Below, piece after piece: positions 61,941 to 64,000 of a stretch of 64,000 nucleotides of DNA; the first letter of the stretch is position 1, and each line of letters opens with the position of its first letter. The translations under genes were made by a program, and so were the position numbers. The stretch is from Albugo candida (Eukaryota), in NCBI GenBank assembly GCA_040437565.1, contig JBDOQK010000040.1, forward strand, positions 124,001 to 188,000, written 5' to 3'. Under the pieces are notes generated by a model. That model had not been told where the DNA came from, did no database searches, and saw only the letters and a program-made list of their open reading frames with translations.

Positions 61941-64000
61941 ATGGCGCAATCAATCACCGCATATCCGCATTCCCGAGCTATCCGTAAAGCTTCGGTATTA
62001 ACATCGGCATCACATGTTTCGCAGTACACATTCGCTCGATCGTCAACGGTGCCTTACCAAAAGAGCTCTGAAGCCGCGAGTGTTGGAGAAAGCTCCACAG
62101 CATCGACGTCGATGCTCGTCAACATTAATTGTAAGTGTCTTTGTCCGCGATTGAGATTGAGATTTCTCACTCGTTATGCAGTGTACTTGAAGAATGCGAC
62201 CGTAGGACGTGATATCAGTCCTAACGACACTGAATTACTCGTTCTTTTCCGTCGAAATAGCAAAGAAATCACATCGCAATCGACACAGTGGAACGACGAT
62301 CATAGTGCTGTTTGGAACGAGAATATTCCCATTCAGACGTCGCTTCTTCCGAATATGCACACAGAATCCAATATCAATGGCAATGCAGTAGCACTCCATC
62401 CGAAAGAGTACGACATTGTGCTCGTAGCACTTCCAAGTCATTCGGCTGTTGCGGTGTTTTCATTCGATTTCGCTGAAATGGTTCAAAGTCAAATCGCTCA
62501 GGAAATCAGAGAACATTCGTATCGGATATCACCTCTAAAATGTCGTGATCTCGCTGCAACGCTAGAATTTCATATCGACTGGGAATTCGCGCAATATGTT
62601 CCGAGTACGATGACCATTCCTGGAAGTGAAGCACTTCACGTGCCTTCCGCACAAGCTGTCTTTGAGACGGAAGTACCCAGGAAAAGGAGACCGAGAAACC
62701 ACTCGTTGCAGCCGATACTATCACACTCACCCGATGTGCTTCCTCGTCGCGTTTCCAGCGCACATCCTCCGGCCCGATCAGTGCCTTCTCTGTCTCAATG
62801 CAGTCAAGTTGTGGAGAATTGTCATCAATGCAAATCATTGCATGAGCGGTTGGAAAGACGAAACACACGAATTGTTAAGATGGAAACTGAGCTTAAAGAA
62901 GCACAAAAGAAAGTACAAGTGCTTTTGCTGGCAACAGAGGAATTAGCGATGAGGGAAGCAGCGGAATGTAAGAACGCTGCTCGATATCGAGCTGTATCGA
63001 TACGAATGCTGACTGAAATGGAAATTGGACATTGTATGTGGCTTCAGAATAAACCATCGACTCCATCAATCGATCTTTTATCTCACATACGTTTCTGGCT
63101 GCAGGAATTAGATGCCTGCAATTCTGACTCTCAATTTCGTATTTCCGGGTCTCGAAATAGCGTTGCCAGCACCGCAAGCACAAGTAGTAGTCAGAAATCC
63201 AGTCGTTCGGATCGAATAGCCGATCGAGTCATTGATGATATTCAATTCAAGGAATTACTCGGTCGTGCGCGGCATCTTATGGAGCAAGCACAGATCGTAT
63301 CGTACACAGCAGACAAAGACGATGATGCGTGCAGTACGATAACATCGATCTCTCAGCAGATGAATGCGTTTGAGAAGGAAAATAGAGAATTACGAGCTCA
63401 AGTGAATGATCTCCAAATTTCGAGCCAACAAGCGGACTCGAAAGAAATTCGAGACTGTGAGGAATCGACTCGTATCAGCGCGTTAGAAGCTGAGGTCGAA
63501 AAGGTCCGAGCTGAGAATCAAGCGTACGCAGAGCAAGTCGACAACCTCTCTGGTCGTTTGTATCGCCACACGGAAGCCAGCACGTTATCTCAGTCCCTTA
63601 AAGCGCCTTCTTTTCTGACGAAAATATATAAAGATGTCGGAAAGGCAAAAGTTGTGTTGGAAGCTCAATTGAAGCAACAAAAGCATCAATCGACGGTATT
63701 GGAGGTTGAAAACAAGCAATTACGCGCGCGTTTGCTTGAGCTTGAGCCTTGTCACACTTTAGCGATTGATTATGACGAGACGAACGCGGATCCACGGGAT
63801 GGAATGAGTCGCCACGCTTCTGAATTGGAGGCTTTACATGAAGCGATTTTAGAAAAAGTGGAGCAGGTCCAATGCATGGAACGTTTACAGGCAATTCTCA
63901 ATGATCGAGAGGCACAAATCGTCTCATTAGATCGCCAATTGTATGCTTATGGCGTATCATCGACCTCACAAATTGACACGCTCACAACGCAATTGAAAGC
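61941..64000 (+). CDS. NT-type C2 (EEIG1/EHBP1-like) domain plus long coiled-coil protein, runs off the window end
   Basis: Stop-free frame from ATG 61941 to 64000, absent from the ORF track because it has no stop. LLVLFRRNSKEITS...AVWNENIPIQTSL...KEYDIVL...FDFAE resembles NT-C2, followed by heptad E/Q/L-rich segments. Probable in-frame intron 62131-62181. Confidence 0.78.
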   Translation, partial: MAQSITAYPHSRAIRKASVLTSASHVSQYTFARSSTVPYQKSSEAASVGESSTASTSMLVNINCKCLCPRLRLRFLTRYAVYLKNATVGRDISPNDTELLVLFRRNSKEITSQSTQWNDDHSAVWNENIPIQTSLLPNMHTESNINGNAVALHPKEYDIVLVALPSHSAVAVFSFDFAEMVQSQIAQEIREHSYRISPLKCRDLAATLEFHIDWEFAQYVPSTMTIPGSEALHVPSAQAVFETEVPRKRRPRNHSLQPILSHSPDVLPRRVSSAHPPARSVPSLSQCSQVVENCHQCKSLHERLERRNTRIVKMETELKEAQKKVQVLLLATEELAMREAAECKNAARYRAVSIRMLTEMEIGHCMWLQNKPSTPSIDLLSHIRFWLQELDACNSDSQFRISGSRNSVASTASTSSSQKSSRSDRIADRVIDDIQFKELLGRARHLMEQAQIVSYTADKDDDACSTITSISQQMNAFEKENRELRAQVNDLQISSQQADSKEIRDCEESTRISALEAEVEKVRAENQAYAEQVDNLSGRLYRHTEASTLSQSLKAPSFLTKIYKDVGKAKVVLEAQLKQQKHQSTVLEVENKQLRARLLELEPCHTLAIDYDETNADPRDGMSRHASELEALHEAILEKVEQVQCMERLQAILNDREAQIVSLDRQLYAYGVSSTSQIDTLTTQLK

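Noticed and set aside
59754-63894. Numerous minus-strand and alternate-frame ORFs over argS and the C2 gene (likewise over the permease and TEs)
   Set aside because: Shadow ORFs of real coding sequence with no recognisable motifs.

Overview
Eukaryotic DNA, most likely an oomycete and probably Albugo. This is an inference from the ~50-nt GT-AG introns, INR-FPR promoter motifs, oomycete-type transposons and lineage-specific secreted proteins. The scaffold is a draft with 14 uniform 100-N gaps, many flanked by duplicated contig overlaps. Conserved genes sit in small dense islands: ZNHIT3-like; APC amino-acid permease, Yip1/YIPF5 and mitochondrial bL21; arginyl-tRNA synthetase and an NT-C2/coiled-coil gene. 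Between them is a repeat-rich compartment. It holds Copia elements with half-tRNA(iMet) primer sites (two with intact LTR pairs and 5-bp TSDs, each nested in a LINE copy), a chromoviral Gypsy, a MULE, a Tc1/IS630-like element with a TA TSD, and several families of lineage-specific secreted-protein genes. The most notable structure is a ~3-kb cassette present three times (25.5-28.4 kb, 31.6-34.5 kb, inverted 38.8-44.8 kb). It pairs two unrelated putative secreted-protein genes head-to-head around a conserved spacer motif; only one of the six gene copies (33765-34448) is intact.
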